Of a stretch of DNA of 51,463 nt, positions 1 to 10,135 are shown piece by piece. How positions within the stretch are numbered: the stretch's first letter is position 1; every line of letters begins with the position of its first letter. The notes below the pieces were generated by a model. That model ran no database searches. It was not told the DNA's origin and saw only the letters and a program-made list of their open reading frames with translations. Location: positions 1-51,463 of the forward strand of contig JASFYY010000033.1 of NCBI GenBank assembly GCA_045046875.1, read 5' to 3'. The DNA is from Verrucomicrobiota bacterium (GTDB lineage: Bacteria > Verrucomicrobiota > Verrucomicrobiia > Verrucomicrobiales > DEV007). The position numbers and the translations under genes were made by a program.

Positions 1-1646
1 TCACGCAGCACGTTGCCGGTCACTGAAATGGTGTCTTCACCGTCCTTGATACGGGCGAGGGTGAACTCGGTCGCTTCGACCGGAGCCATGATGAGTATGT
101 TGAGTCCATCGGTGTCGTGTTCGGGCAGGTATTCGCCGATTTTTTTGATGATCTCAGCATCGTGGGCACGGTCTTCGTCGAGCCAGAATACAGCGGGTGA
201 GCCAGTGGCGCGAGCGCGACTAACCGCCAGTTTGATCCAGTCACGAATCGGGGCGTCTTTGGCCTGGCAAGCACGCCAGATGTCACCTTCTTCGACATTG
301 TGCTCGATGAGAATATCGCCCTCGGCATCGACGATGCGCACACTGCCGTCCGCTGGCATTTCGAAAGTTTTATCATGGGAGCCGTATTCTTCGGCTTTCT
401 GCGCCATCAAACCGACGTTGGGCACGGTGCCCATGGTAGTGGGATCAAAAGCGCCGTTCTTTTTGCAGAATTCGATCGTGGCCTGATAGACTCCGGCGTA
501 GGAACTGTCAGGGATGACTGCGAGCGTGTCTTGCTGTTCACCTGCTCCGTTCCACATCTGACCCGAGGTGCGGATCATGGCGGGCATCGAGGCGTCGACG
601 ATGACATCACTCGGCACGTTGAGGTTGGTGATGCCTTTGTCGGAGTTCACCATGGCGATGTCCGGGCCATTGTCGTAACAGGCTTGGATGTCGGTTTCGA
701 TTTCCGCTTTTTGATCAGCGGGCAGGTCTGCGATTTTGCTCAGCAAATCGCCAAAGCCGTTTTTGAAATCCACACCGAGTTCGTCGATGAGTGCGCCGTG
801 TTTGGCGATCAGGTCTTTGAAAAAGACCCGCACGCCGTGACCGAAAATGATAGGGTCGGAGACTTTCATCATCGTCGCTTTTAAGTGCAGCGAGAAAAGC
901 ACGCCTGTTTCCTTGGCTTCGGCGATTTGTTGTTCTAGAAAGCTGACCAGAGCTTTTTTGCTCATCACAGTGGCATCGAGCACTTCGCCGGCGAGCAGTG
1001 GGGTGGAAGCTTTGAGCACCGTCACGCTGCCGTCGGTGGCAACATGTTCGATTTTTGCATCAGTGGCTTCTTCCAGTGTGATGGATTTCTCGTTGTGGAA
1101 AAAATCGTTGTCGTCCATGTGTCCGACAGAAGTCAGAGAATCGGCTGACCAGGCCCCCATTGAGTGGGGGTTGTTGCGGGCGTATTCTTTGACCGCTTTG
1201 GGGGCACGGCGATCGGAGTTGCCTTCACGCAGGACGGGGTTCACCGCGCTGCCTTTAACCTTGTTGTATTTGTTCTGGATTTCCTTTTCCTCGTCGCTCT
1301 GTGGATTGTCGGGGTAATCGGGCAGGGCGTATCCCAGCGCCTGCAATTCGGCAATAGCGGCTTTCAACTGCGGTTCCGAGGCGCTGATGTTGGGCAGCTT
1401 GATGATGTTGGCTTCAGGCGTTTTGGCCAGTGCGCCTAGTTCAGTCAGAGCATCGGGGATCTGTTGCTCGGCGGTGACGGCTTCGGGGAAATTGGAGATG
1501 ATGCGACCGGAGAGTGATATGTCGCGGGTTTCGACATTGATGCCGGAAGATTTGGTGAAAGACTGGATGATGGGCAACAGCGAATAGGTGGCCAGTGCTG
1601 GGGCTTCGTCTGTCTGGGTGTAAATGATGGTGGGCTGGTCTGACAT
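1..1646 (-). CDS. icd: Monomeric NADP-dependent isocitrate dehydrogenase (3' part runs off the window start)
   Basis: Manual translation from ATG at 1646: [31 protein letters not shown], later [25 protein letters not shown] and [20 protein letters not shown], all hallmark motifs of monomeric IDH. Absent from the ORF track, presumably because its stop lies outside the window. Confidence 0.97.
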   Translation of the reverse strand, partial: MSDQPTIIYTQTDEAPALATYSLLPIIQSFTKSSGINVETRDISLSGRIISNFPEAVTAEQQIPDALTELGALAKTPEANIIKLPNISASEPQLKAAIAELQALGYALPDYPDNPQSDEEKEIQNKYNKVKGSAVNPVLREGNSDRRAPKAVKEYARNNPHSMGAWSADSLTSVGHMDDNDFFHNEKSITLEEATDAKIEHVATDGSVTVLKASTPLLAGEVLDATVMSKKALVSFLEQQIAEAKETGVLFSLHLKATMMKVSDPIIFGHGVRVFFKDLIAKHGALIDELGVDFKNGFGDLLSKIADLPADQKAEIETDIQACYDNGPDIAMVNSDKGITNLNVPSDVIVDASMPAMIRTSGQMWNGAGEQQDTLAVIPDSSYAGVYQATIEFCKKNGAFDPTTMGTVPNVGLMAQKAEEYGSHDKTFEMPADGSVRIVDAEGDILIEHNVEEGDIWRACQAKDAPIRDWIKLAVSRARATGSPAVFWLDEDRAHDAEIIKKIGEYLPEHDTDGLNILIMAPVEATEFTLARIKDGEDTISVTGNVLR

Positions 1647-1855
1647 AATCTGGTTCTTTCAGTAAAATTTTTGCTGCCTATTTAAGGCATAAGAGGCACG
1701 AGGTCAAAGGCTAGTGCGGAAAAGCAGCAATATCTGCGGGTAAAAGCAGGGTTGCGGGGGGATTTGCCTCACACGAAGGCATGAGGCGAGCAAATCGAGG
1801 CAGTTAGAGGGTATTTCTCGTAGGCAACAGGCGAAGTATTTTTTGGAAAGGGCGC

Positions 1856-2497
1856 TTATGGTAAGGACGCGATGTGGGCTTTGGTCAATTCGAGGTTGAT
1901 CTCGGTATTTTTAGTGAGTACAAGACCTTGGTCGGGGACAAAGTAGGCGAAGGATTCTGGCGGAAAGGTGGCACCTGCTGATTTAAACAGGTTTTGCAGG
2001 TCGTTGTTGTTGGCAGCGGCGGCTAGGCGGAATGACTCGAGGTTTTCCTGAGGAATGGGAAAAGATTGGGTGAGCTGTTCGGAGGGGAGGTGTGATATGC
2101 CACTGAAAATAACGCACAAACCGTCAGTAGTGACATAGTGGTTTAATTCGCCGAACCTTAATATGATTTCGAGCGCTTCAGCCACGGTTCCATTGCTGAG
2201 TGACATGGATATTTTTAGATATTCGGGCGGATTCTCTTGTTTGGGTGCGACGTTGTCGGGATGGATGATGGAATATTTAAACAAGAGCTTGCCATCGGAT
2301 TGGCTTCGTATCGCTGCGGCAAGTTTAGCTAAAGCCAAGGAAGGAGAAACATTTTGGGTGGAGAATGTTTTTAATGGATAGTCCATTACGCTCTCAAAAG
2401 ATGACTTCTGAGCTGGTTGGGCGTTTTTGTGACAGCCGTATAAAAACAAAGTGGTTAGGCTGACAAATGCTATGAGCCTCATCGTGAAGCTAGACAT
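1856..2497 (-). CDS. Putative lipoprotein resembling the periplasmic (STN/N0 + N3-like) part of verrucomicrobial secretins
   Basis: 213 aa ORF; lipobox LYGC; C-terminal motif FKSAGATFPPESFAYFVPDQGLVLTKNTEINLEL; paralogue of 2513..3259. Confidence 0.7.
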   Translation of the reverse strand: MSSFTMRLIAFVSLTTLFLYGCHKNAQPAQKSSFESVMDYPLKTFSTQNVSPSLALAKLAAAIRSQSDGKLLFKYSIIHPDNVAPKQENPPEYLKISMSLSNGTVAEALEIILRFGELNHYVTTDGLCVIFSGISHLPSEQLTQSFPIPQENLESFRLAAAANNNDLQNLFKSAGATFPPESFAYFVPDQGLVLTKNTEINLELTKAHIASLP

Positions 2498-2512
2498 TGG
2501 GTTGTAATAATA

Positions 2513-3259
2513 TTACTCGGCAAACGGGTCGTATATTTCCTTGTGTGATTTTTCATACTCTATGAATTCTGCGTTCAACTTCTCATCGAAGGATTCAATG
2601 AAGGCTTCACCCAGTTCATGTTGATCTAAAGTATTATTGAAGATGATGACATTTTGCTTGGGAATGAAGTAAGCGTAAGAGCCAGGGGCGAAGGTGATGC
2701 CTACCTCTTTGAAAAAAGGCTTGAGGTCATTGCCGTTATCAGCGGCTTCTTTCTGGAAGAGAACTATATTCTGGGGCAGCGGTGATAGGATGCGAACATG
2801 CAGAGTGAAATCTAGGCTGCACCATCCTTCATAGATAAGAAGTTTTTCGTTTGAAGAGGTGTATTTCCAAAAGCTTTTTTTCAGTATTTCCCTAAAAACA
2901 TCAGAGACGCTCGGCTTTGAAAGTGAAATAGATATTTTTGGATAAAGGGGGTCACCTTTTTCATTCAAGTTATAGGGGTTGGAATGTAGAACTGAATAAT
3001 CGAAAGAGAGCTTCCCGTCAGATTGTTCGCGCACAGCTTCAGCGAGTTTTTTTAAGGCTGAGGGAGAGGTGACATTTTGAACGGAAAAATCATCTAACTG
3101 GAAATTCAAGACGTCTTCTTTATGTGATTTTTTGGGCCGAACGGAGCTTTTACTACAGCCGTGAAAAGTTAGCATCACTAGAACGGTCAATAGCAAGTAG
3201 CCACCTAAATGGATGTTAAGAAAAACCGATCTTGCTACAGATATTTTTTCACTAAACAT
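2513..3259 (-). CDS. Putative lipoprotein, paralogue of 1856..2497 (secretin N-domain-like)
   Basis: 248 aa ORF; hydrophobic stretch then FHGC; shares QNV..SALxKLA..R.QSDGKL, KISxSLS and FKxxGxTFxPxSxAYFxPxQ with its neighbour. Confidence 0.7.
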   Translation of the reverse strand: MFSEKISVARSVFLNIHLGGYLLLTVLVMLTFHGCSKSSVRPKKSHKEDVLNFQLDDFSVQNVTSPSALKKLAEAVREQSDGKLSFDYSVLHSNPYNLNEKGDPLYPKISISLSKPSVSDVFREILKKSFWKYTSSNEKLLIYEGWCSLDFTLHVRILSPLPQNIVLFQKEAADNGNDLKPFFKEVGITFAPGSYAYFIPKQNVIIFNNTLDQHELGEAFIESFDEKLNAEFIEYEKSHKEIYDPFAE

Positions 3260-3304
3260 TTAACCGCCAGCGTATGAAAAAAATGAGTTTTTTCAACGCT
3301 AAAC

Positions 3305-4681
3305 TTATTTCTCTGGCTCAGGAACCACCGGACGGTGCCGGGGCAGTTCGGCTTTGAAGTCGCCGATGGAGCGCCATAGGGTGCGTTTGTCGAGATCGAC
3401 TTCGGCGACGACGACGGTGCCCCAGTCTTTGGCGGCTACCAGTGGATCGCCTTGATGATCATAGATCGCTGAGCGGATCCATGGGGTTTGGGAATCGGTG
3501 TAGGTGCTGCTGATCAAGTAGATTGAATTTTCCAGCGCGCGGGCACTGGCGAGGCGCGGGTTGCATCCCCACACTGGCCAGGCGATCAACTCGGCTCCTT
3601 TTTTACTCAGTTCACGGGCAACTTCGGGAAAATAACCATCGTAACAGACCATCATACCCATTTTCCCAAAACGGGTATCAAAAACGGGGTAATCGTGACC
3701 GGGGGCGACGCCTCGTTCGATCTCCTCACGTGGCAGTGATACTTTGCGGTATTTGCCCGCAATCGATCCGTCGGGGCCAATCAGTGCGGCTACGTTATAA
3801 ACCAGATGACCGGCTTTTTCATACAGCCCGACGACGATATAAAGATTGTGTTTTTTTGCCAGTTTGCCAAAAAAATCGGTGGTGGGTCCGGGAACCGGTT
3901 CTGCCACGTCGGCGGGTTTTTTGCCGAGTCCGTAATAAGTGATGGTTTCGCCTAAAACCACCAGGTCGGCTTTTTTCTTGGCAGCTTCTTCGATCAGGGG
4001 GGTAAAGAGTTTGCAGTTGCCCATCGGAGTTTTGCCACCTTTGGGGCGAAAATGGACAGTGGCTAAGCGCACTTTGCGCGCTTTGGGGGCGGCGGTTTTT
4101 TTCATCGAGATGTCGCTCCACTCGATTTGTCCCTGCGGTGCCCACATTAAGTGCAGTTCGACCAGCGCATGGGTGGCCCCTTTGGGCGCGAGGTAGGTTT
4201 CGGAAACTTCCGTCCAGCCCTGGTTGTCGGTTAGTTTGTCAGTCGGGTGCTCGGCACGCAGAATACCGTTGCCGGCACTGCGCATGTCGTCGGCAACCAG
4301 GCCGCGGTCATTTTGCACCGGCTTGCCGTTTTCATCTTCCCATAACAATCGAACTGTAGCGGAATGGCGGGGCAGTGCCACTGCGGAAACTTTGCGAAAA
4401 GCCTCGAAGCGATAATGTTGGCCACCTGTAACGGGGAATCTGCGTGACCAGTAACCATCGAGGCCTTCACGCTGGTCGTGTTTGATCACCAGACGTTGCG
4501 TATTGTTGTGGCCGCCGTCGGCAATGGAATCAAAGCTTGGTCGGATTTCATCCCGCGAGGCTTCTGCCGTCCAGCCCTTGGTCGTTTGGTTAGCTGGGGC
4601 TGCCGATGCCGGCAGGGAGCAAGTGATCAGTAGAGCGGCGAATGCCAGGATGAAGGGATGCGGGGGATACAGAGGTTTCAT
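3305..4681 (-). CDS. Secreted carbon-nitrogen hydrolase (nitrilase superfamily) with an extra N-terminal domain
   Basis: Signal peptide; Glu-Lys-Cys triad contexts [15 protein letters not shown] and VCYDGYFPE; start placed at MKPLYP. Confidence 0.88.
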   Translation of the reverse strand: MKPLYPPHPFILAFAALLITCSLPASAAPANQTTKGWTAEASRDEIRPSFDSIADGGHNNTQRLVIKHDQREGLDGYWSRRFPVTGGQHYRFEAFRKVSAVALPRHSATVRLLWEDENGKPVQNDRGLVADDMRSAGNGILRAEHPTDKLTDNQGWTEVSETYLAPKGATHALVELHLMWAPQGQIEWSDISMKKTAAPKARKVRLATVHFRPKGGKTPMGNCKLFTPLIEEAAKKKADLVVLGETITYYGLGKKPADVAEPVPGPTTDFFGKLAKKHNLYIVVGLYEKAGHLVYNVAALIGPDGSIAGKYRKVSLPREEIERGVAPGHDYPVFDTRFGKMGMMVCYDGYFPEVARELSKKGAELIAWPVWGCNPRLASARALENSIYLISSTYTDSQTPWIRSAIYDHQGDPLVAAKDWGTVVVAEVDLDKRTLWRSIGDFKAELPRHRPVVPEPEK

Positions 4682-4706
4682 TGGAAGGGTTGATGGACAA
4701 CTATTT

Positions 4707-6188
4707 TTAGTGATCAGCGCCGATAGGAATTGGCTTGGCATAATCACTTTTCATAGTTTCAGGTAATTGGTAAACTTTACCATCACGATCTGAGAAATAA
4801 AGTCTCGATGGCGAGGGTTTGCGACCATGGCCGTCAGCCCAGAAAGCGAAAAAGTCGGGATGCGCGTCGAGAGGCTGGCGAACATAAGTATGGTTCATCG
4901 GGCTGTCGCTGGTGAGTTGGCGGGTTTTTTTCCAGGTTTCGCCTTGATCATGACTGGTCCACATGGCGACCTCTCCGCCGGGATTATAGGGCTGGGGACC
5001 GGTCTGGGTGGGGCCGATGATTCGCCAGTCATTTTTGGCGACCAGCCAAAGTGATCCGCTGTCGTAATTGTTATCTGAGGCGGTTACCGGACGAATCAGC
5101 CACTGCTCTCCATCCCAGCGAGCGGTCGTCCAGGTTCTTGGGTCGTTCTTGGGACCTGCTTCGTAGCCTTTGCTGGTGATGTAGAGGATGACGGGACGAT
5201 CCTGTTCGTCGAAACGAATATCCTTCATGTAAACATTGAGTCCTTCCGAGGCGTAGTCGTGAACGAGTGCAGGATTGGCGACTTGTCGCAGCGGCAGTGA
5301 CAGAGGGGTGCCGCTAGCCGTTTGCCAGGTGTTACCAAAATCAGGAGTTTCGACGTAATATAGATTGGTTCGCCAGTTGAGGCCCTTGCCTTTGGGGTGG
5401 TAATTGAATGCAGATCCGGCGCGCTGGCCACCAAGAGCACTGACTTGATAGTGTCCCGTTCCAATGGCAGCCAGTCGCTGCCATGATCCCCATGTCACTC
5501 CGTCCTTGCTGACCATTGCGCCAATCGTTCGTGCTGCGGGATCCTTATATCGGGTGAAAAAACATAAAAAGCCTTTCCCCGGGCGATGCCAGGCTTGCAT
5601 GTATGAAAAATTAGTGATGGGGGCTCGTTTTTTGCTATCCAGGTAAGTAGCTGGAACCAATTCAAATTCATCAATGTCATAGGGCTTTTTGCTGCGATGA
5701 ATATATGAAGGACGACTGGTTCCGTGAGACGTTGAAAAAATCCAAATAAAACCTTGGTCGTCGATCGAGATGACCGGGTTGTCATGGGCGTCATCGGTTT
5801 GTTTGTTCAACAAGATGGTTGGACGGGGAACGCTTTTTGTTTTGTGATCAAAAAACGATACCATGTGCAGCAGTTGGGGCTTGTCGCCTTTAGTTGTTCC
5901 GCCGTAACAAAAAAATGTTTTATCAGCTTCCTTGCTGTAGATGGCGAAGGGCTTGTGCTTGGCGCAGTAGGTCCCCATACCTCCGCTGTATTTGTAAACA
6001 TACTCGTCGTTCGATGGTTGGTTCATATACCAGATACCGCTGTAACCATCAGCTTTGAGGTTCAGAGTGACCGGGTCATCGGCGTATGCTTTTATACTAA
6101 GAATTTTCACTGCCAGCGATAAGGTGAGTAGTAACAACAAACGAGTGAGCAGAATCTTTCTGAAAATGAACTGAGCTGGAGGATTCAT
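4707..6188 (-). CDS. BNR-4 repeat-containing beta-propeller protein (putative glycoside hydrolase/lyase)
   Basis: Asp-box motifs [15 protein letters not shown] and [23 protein letters not shown] motif; signal peptide. Start uncertain; the ORF extension to 6554 overlaps a divergent gene. Confidence 0.82.
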   Translation of the reverse strand: MNPPAQFIFRKILLTRLLLLLTLSLAVKILSIKAYADDPVTLNLKADGYSGIWYMNQPSNDEYVYKYSGGMGTYCAKHKPFAIYSKEADKTFFCYGGTTKGDKPQLLHMVSFFDHKTKSVPRPTILLNKQTDDAHDNPVISIDDQGFIWIFSTSHGTSRPSYIHRSKKPYDIDEFELVPATYLDSKKRAPITNFSYMQAWHRPGKGFLCFFTRYKDPAARTIGAMVSKDGVTWGSWQRLAAIGTGHYQVSALGGQRAGSAFNYHPKGKGLNWRTNLYYVETPDFGNTWQTASGTPLSLPLRQVANPALVHDYASEGLNVYMKDIRFDEQDRPVILYITSKGYEAGPKNDPRTWTTARWDGEQWLIRPVTASDNNYDSGSLWLVAKNDWRIIGPTQTGPQPYNPGGEVAMWTSHDQGETWKKTRQLTSDSPMNHTYVRQPLDAHPDFFAFWADGHGRKPSPSRLYFSDRDGKVYQLPETMKSDYAKPIPIGADH

Positions 6189-6468
6189 GGTTTTTTTGGT
6201 GAAGAGGGGTTGATGAAATAAAATGGGCTTCATTAGGTAATAGCCGTAATCCAAATTTGTCAGGGCATGGTTTTGACCGTTATGAATTTTATATGATCTC
6301 AAGAGGGGAATGTTATCTTTGTCAATGAGCCGCACCGACCTAGGAATTGGTAATGGTTGAGTGCAGCGATTGAGTGGGCAGGAGCAAGCACGGCTAATTT
6401 TGTGGGAAAAGTTTTTTCTTTGCATTAGGCCTTTTTTATTCAATATTGCTGCATCTAGATTTACTGAT

Positions 6469-6912
6469 ATGAAATTACCAACAAATAAATCCCTATGCTC
6501 TGCCGGCGTGATGTTGGCGGCAGTGATGGCACTGCCAAGTTGCACCCCTTCCAACCCTTTTAAAAAGGCGGATAGTAATAAGGATGATAAAGTCTCTCAG
6601 GCTGAGTTTAATCGTTATATTCTCGAAGAAATTTATTCAGCGACCGATACGGATGGGGATAGTAAAATCACCTTCAAAGAGTGGAAGGCGGCGAATCCAG
6701 AGGCTGAAAAATCAAAATTTAAACTACCGGATGATAACTCTGATGGCAGCGTGACGCCAAAAGAGTTGCAAAAGTATTACAAAGAAGAGGGCAAGTTGGT
6801 GGATTTATTTAAAAAAATCGATTCGAGCAGTGACGGCTCTCTTTCCCATGATGAGGTAGAAGCATATATGTCTAAAGCTGAAGTGCAGGCGGCCAAATCA
6901 AAAAAACCCTAA
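6469..6912 (+). CDS. EF-hand domain lipoprotein
   Basis: Lipobox LPSC; four EF-hand-like loops: DSNKDDKVSQAE, DTDGDSKITFKE, DDNSDGSVTPKE and DSSSDGSLSHDE. Confidence 0.85.
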   Translation: MKLPTNKSLCSAGVMLAAVMALPSCTPSNPFKKADSNKDDKVSQAEFNRYILEEIYSATDTDGDSKITFKEWKAANPEAEKSKFKLPDDNSDGSVTPKELQKYYKEEGKLVDLFKKIDSSSDGSLSHDEVEAYMSKAEVQAAKSKKP

Positions 6913-6925
6913 TTAGCGAAATACC

Positions 6926-7201
6926 ATGAAATTATATTTTTCAGCTCTCATTTTCACAGTTCTTCTCGGGGTATTGACCACTTCTTGTGTGGTGCACCCT
7001 GATCCTTATGTTCGTCAAGGGCGTGTAGGAGGAGCAGCTCTTGGAGCCGCAACGGGTGCGATTATTGGCAACAATGTCAGAGGAGGAAATTCTTGGGGTG
7101 GTGCTGCTATCGGTGCAGCCGTGGGAGGTCTGGCCGGAGATCGCCGTGGCAAGACGAACTCGATGTACTACGGTGGTCGTCCTTCGTATCGCTATTATTA
7201 A
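6926..7201 (+). CDS. Glycine-zipper small lipoprotein
   Basis: Lipobox TTSC; GAALGAATGAIIG and GAAIGAAVGGLAG repeats. Confidence 0.85.
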   Translation: MKLYFSALIFTVLLGVLTTSCVVHPDPYVRQGRVGGAALGAATGAIIGNNVRGGNSWGGAAIGAAVGGLAGDRRGKTNSMYYGGRPSYRYY

Positions 7202-8541
7202 TGACGCGGGTTCAGCGGTTTGAGTCCAGCTGCAGAGTGGCTGGATGTTGACTTGTATTGTTTGCGGGCAGCTTTGAGCGTTTGTTTGAAGGGCGTGGGG
7301 TTCCAGGCAGTTTTGTTGTGGACGACCGCTTGGTTGAGGGTTTCGATTTCTCGGATCAGAGCTTCGCTATTTTGCTCGTGGGCAAAAGCACTCAGAGAAG
7401 TGTGGTGATGGCACCACTTTGAACGGGGGAACCACTGGTTGAGAGCGTTGAGGCTTTGCGCGGGAGTGGTGGCGTGGAGGATTTTGTTAAAATAGGTGGC
7501 TTCGCTTTCTTGGTAGTATTTTTGCCATTGGATGAACGGCTGTTGGATAGCTCGGCGGTAGCGGATCAACAAAACGATGGCAGTGAGCAAAAACAAACTT
7601 GAAACGATGACGGTCTGCCAACAGAAAGCAGCATCTGAGTTTGGCAAACTTTGCTCTGTCGGCGAGGCATTGATCCTGGCTTCGACTTCAAAGCTGACTG
7701 AGGGAAGGGTGATTTTTTCCATCTCTTTACGTTTGAGATTCCACCACGGAATGGCGATGGCGGGCAGGGAGTAACTGCCAGGTTTTTCGCACAGGTAGGT
7801 GATTTCATCGATACGCTCGCCGATGAGGGAGCCTCGGTTGATTTTGTCGTTGAGCCGAGCTCGGGATGGATAAATTTTGAGCCCTTCTATTTGCGGGAAA
7901 GGGATGGCGGGAAAAATCATGCCGGGCATGTCGGGGGCGCGGTAGGTGATGATTCGTTTGAAGGCATCACCTACTTTTAAGATTCCCTGAGGTTGAGGTT
8001 GCCATGTCTGTTCAACTTTCAAATCAGAAGTGCTGATCAGCATCGAAAGGTGTTCGGCTCCCGCTGGCATCTTGGCAGAGAGGGTTAGAGGCTGGGTATT
8101 TTCAAAATGTTCGGCGGCGCTTTCCCTAGGAGACCCAGCAATACCAAACCGAACTTTGAAAGCAGGGATGGTGAAATCACCGGCTCGTTGCGGATAAAAA
8201 TAAAGTTCGTGGACTTGCACGCTGAAAGTCTGACCATTGATGCTTTTGGAGCTCACCAAGGCGCGCTCCTCCGGTTTATAAAATACGGCACCAGCGATGT
8301 CTGGTAGGGAAAGCAAGGTAGGGCCGTCAAAAAATGTTTGTGATAAAACTTCAACCAGCACGGTGACTTTTTGTCCGACCCAGACTGGGTCGTTGGTATT
8401 GGAAGCGAGCGAAATTTGCACGGGTTCCGGGGAGGGGGATTGAGCCCAAGCGACATTTTGAAAAACCAGCAATAGAGTGAGGGTGATGATGGGGATACAG
8501 AAGCTTGCACTTCCACAAGAAAAAAGAGATGGGGTCTTCAT
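7198..8541 (-). CDS. batD: BatD-family protein
   Basis: Signal peptide; VWVGQKV, PQRAGDFTIPAF, VGDAFKRII and IPWWN motifs; C-terminal TM; ends in PLNP; last gene of the MoxR/VWA cluster. Confidence 0.85.
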   Translation of the reverse strand: MKTPSLFSCGSASFCIPIITLTLLLVFQNVAWAQSPSPEPVQISLASNTNDPVWVGQKVTVLVEVLSQTFFDGPTLLSLPDIAGAVFYKPEERALVSSKSINGQTFSVQVHELYFYPQRAGDFTIPAFKVRFGIAGSPRESAAEHFENTQPLTLSAKMPAGAEHLSMLISTSDLKVEQTWQPQPQGILKVGDAFKRIITYRAPDMPGMIFPAIPFPQIEGLKIYPSRARLNDKINRGSLIGERIDEITYLCEKPGSYSLPAIAIPWWNLKRKEMEKITLPSVSFEVEARINASPTEQSLPNSDAAFCWQTVIVSSLFLLTAIVLLIRYRRAIQQPFIQWQKYYQESEATYFNKILHATTPAQSLNALNQWFPRSKWCHHHTSLSAFAHEQNSEALIREIETLNQAVVHNKTAWNPTPFKQTLKAARKQYKSTSSHSAAGLKPLNPRH

Positions 8542-9218
8542 TTCCCTTCCTCCTGCTGTTTACTTTCACCGAATTGTAATTGGTAAGCAAATTTGTTGCG
8601 CAAAAATTCAGCGGGTTGGGTTTGTACTTTGCGCAACCACAAGGCACGCATTTCATCGTCGGATAATTGCTCGCCAGCACCGGCTTCGATCACTTCTTCA
8701 TTTTTGGAGTTTTTTGCCCGATCGTCGAAGACAATTTCATCGGCTTCGAGTTGGCCTCCGGTGCCTCCGGCGTCATCATCAGGGGGAGCCATCAGGGCTT
8801 TGCGCGCAATAGCGAGGTCGCGGTTTTCAGCGGCTTCTTTCCATGCGGGATTTTGCTTGAGCGCACGTTCATAGAGTTTGATGGCGGCATCGTATTTGCC
8901 GAGCATGACCTGGCAGTTGGCGCGGTTGTAAATGCCTTCGGGACTAGCGACGGAGTTGAAAACTTTAAGGGCGTTTTCAAATTGTCCGTCTTTGTATAAA
9001 GCCACTCCGCGAAGCATGGCAGTTGAAAACTTATCAGCGGCGGCGGCGTAGTCTTTGCTACGCATCAATGCTTGCCCTTGTTGATCCGGTGTTCGCCATA
9101 AGTTGGAGAAGTTTCGCCCGGCACCGAGCCAGGCGACTGTCGCGGCAGCTGACAACAGCAGAGCTATTCCCGCTATGAGGGAAGCCCTGAATTTGCTGTT
9201 GTGCTTGTTGGCTTGCAT
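8538..9218 (-). CDS. TPR protein (BatC-like)
   Basis: LWRTPDQQG; TPR motif YNRANCQVMLGKYDAAIKLYERAL; C-terminal WLRKVQTQPAEFLRNKF. Confidence 0.85.
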   Translation of the reverse strand: MQANKHNSKFRASLIAGIALLLSAAATVAWLGAGRNFSNLWRTPDQQGQALMRSKDYAAAADKFSTAMLRGVALYKDGQFENALKVFNSVASPEGIYNRANCQVMLGKYDAAIKLYERALKQNPAWKEAAENRDLAIARKALMAPPDDDAGGTGGQLEADEIVFDDRAKNSKNEEVIEAGAGEQLSDDEMRALWLRKVQTQPAEFLRNKFAYQLQFGESKQQEEGK

Positions 9219-9223
9219 GTTAA

Positions 9224-10135
9224 TTAATTCCAGGCAATGACCCAACCGGGGCGGAACCACCACAGTGCGAGAGCGGCGATGATGATAGTGAGCCACCAGC
9301 CGCGATCCTGCCAGTGGGAACTGGCATTGTTTTTGTCAGGCCGAGCGGAAAATGAAGTTTCGACCAGTTTGGACAATCTGCTCACATCGCTGTCATCTAC
9401 AGTGACCGGGGTGAAAGTGATACCATTTTTTTGGACGGTCGAGCGCAGGGTGTCGATCCTGTTTGGACCAATCATACCGAGGAAATGAACGGGAGCGGTG
9501 TTTTTTTCTGTGATGAAATCCAGGGAATCCGGCAGGCTGTCGGCGATGAAAAGAATGGAACCGTTAAGGCTGGTATTTTCTAATTGTTGATTGGCGAGTT
9601 TGAATGCTTCGGCGGCGGCATCACCTTCGCGCGGCATGATCTTTGGCGAAAGATCAGCGGCAAAAGAGTTGATGATGGCTGCGTCTTTGGTCAAGGGCAT
9701 GACTAGGTGGGCGCTGCCGGAATAGGCGACCAAAGCGGCGCGGGATCCGCTGCGCAATTCGAGCAGGTCGTGAATTTTCTGCACTGCGCGCTCTGCCCGC
9801 GAAGGCTGCACATCTTGTTCCGTCATACTTTCTGTTACTTTGAGAACGATGATCAGGGCTGCCTGGTCTTCGGCAAAAGGTGAGGGTTCGAGATTCCAAG
9901 TGGGCCCTGCGAGGGCAAGGGTTCCGAGCAACCATACGATAGCCATCAAGGTGACCGGGCGGATGGTCTGTTGTTTGGACTGACCGGTCATCAAGGCGGA
10001 AAGCAGATGAGGGTCCATGATGCGCCGCCAGGCACGGGCGGAATCCTGGTGCTGCCAGATGATCCAAATGAGGATTGCCGCGGGAAGCAGAGTCACTAAC
10101 CACCAAGGGCGGATGAAATGGAAGGCATCAATCAT
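9224..10135 (-). CDS. VWA domain membrane protein (BatB-like)
   Basis: FHFIRPWWL, ALAGPTW, degenerate MIDAS (KVTESM), ALVAYSGSAHLVMPLT; C-terminal WFRPGW. Confidence 0.85.
   Translation of the reverse strand: MIDAFHFIRPWWLVTLLPAAILIWIIWQHQDSARAWRRIMDPHLLSALMTGQSKQQTIRPVTLMAIVWLLGTLALAGPTWNLEPSPFAEDQAALIIVLKVTESMTEQDVQPSRAERAVQKIHDLLELRSGSRAALVAYSGSAHLVMPLTKDAAIINSFAADLSPKIMPREGDAAAEAFKLANQQLENTSLNGSILFIADSLPDSLDFITEKNTAPVHFLGMIGPNRIDTLRSTVQKNGITFTPVTVDDSDVSRLSKLVETSFSARPDKNNASSHWQDRGWWLTIIIAALALWWFRPGWVIAWN

Noticed and set aside
13..1587. Plus-strand ORFs of 66-194 aa
   Set aside because: Antisense shadows of icd, with no recognisable motifs.
6189..6554. N-terminal extension of the BNR-4 ORF to 615 aa
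   Set aside because: It overlaps the divergent EF-hand gene and the AT-rich promoter region; the signal peptide begins near 6188.
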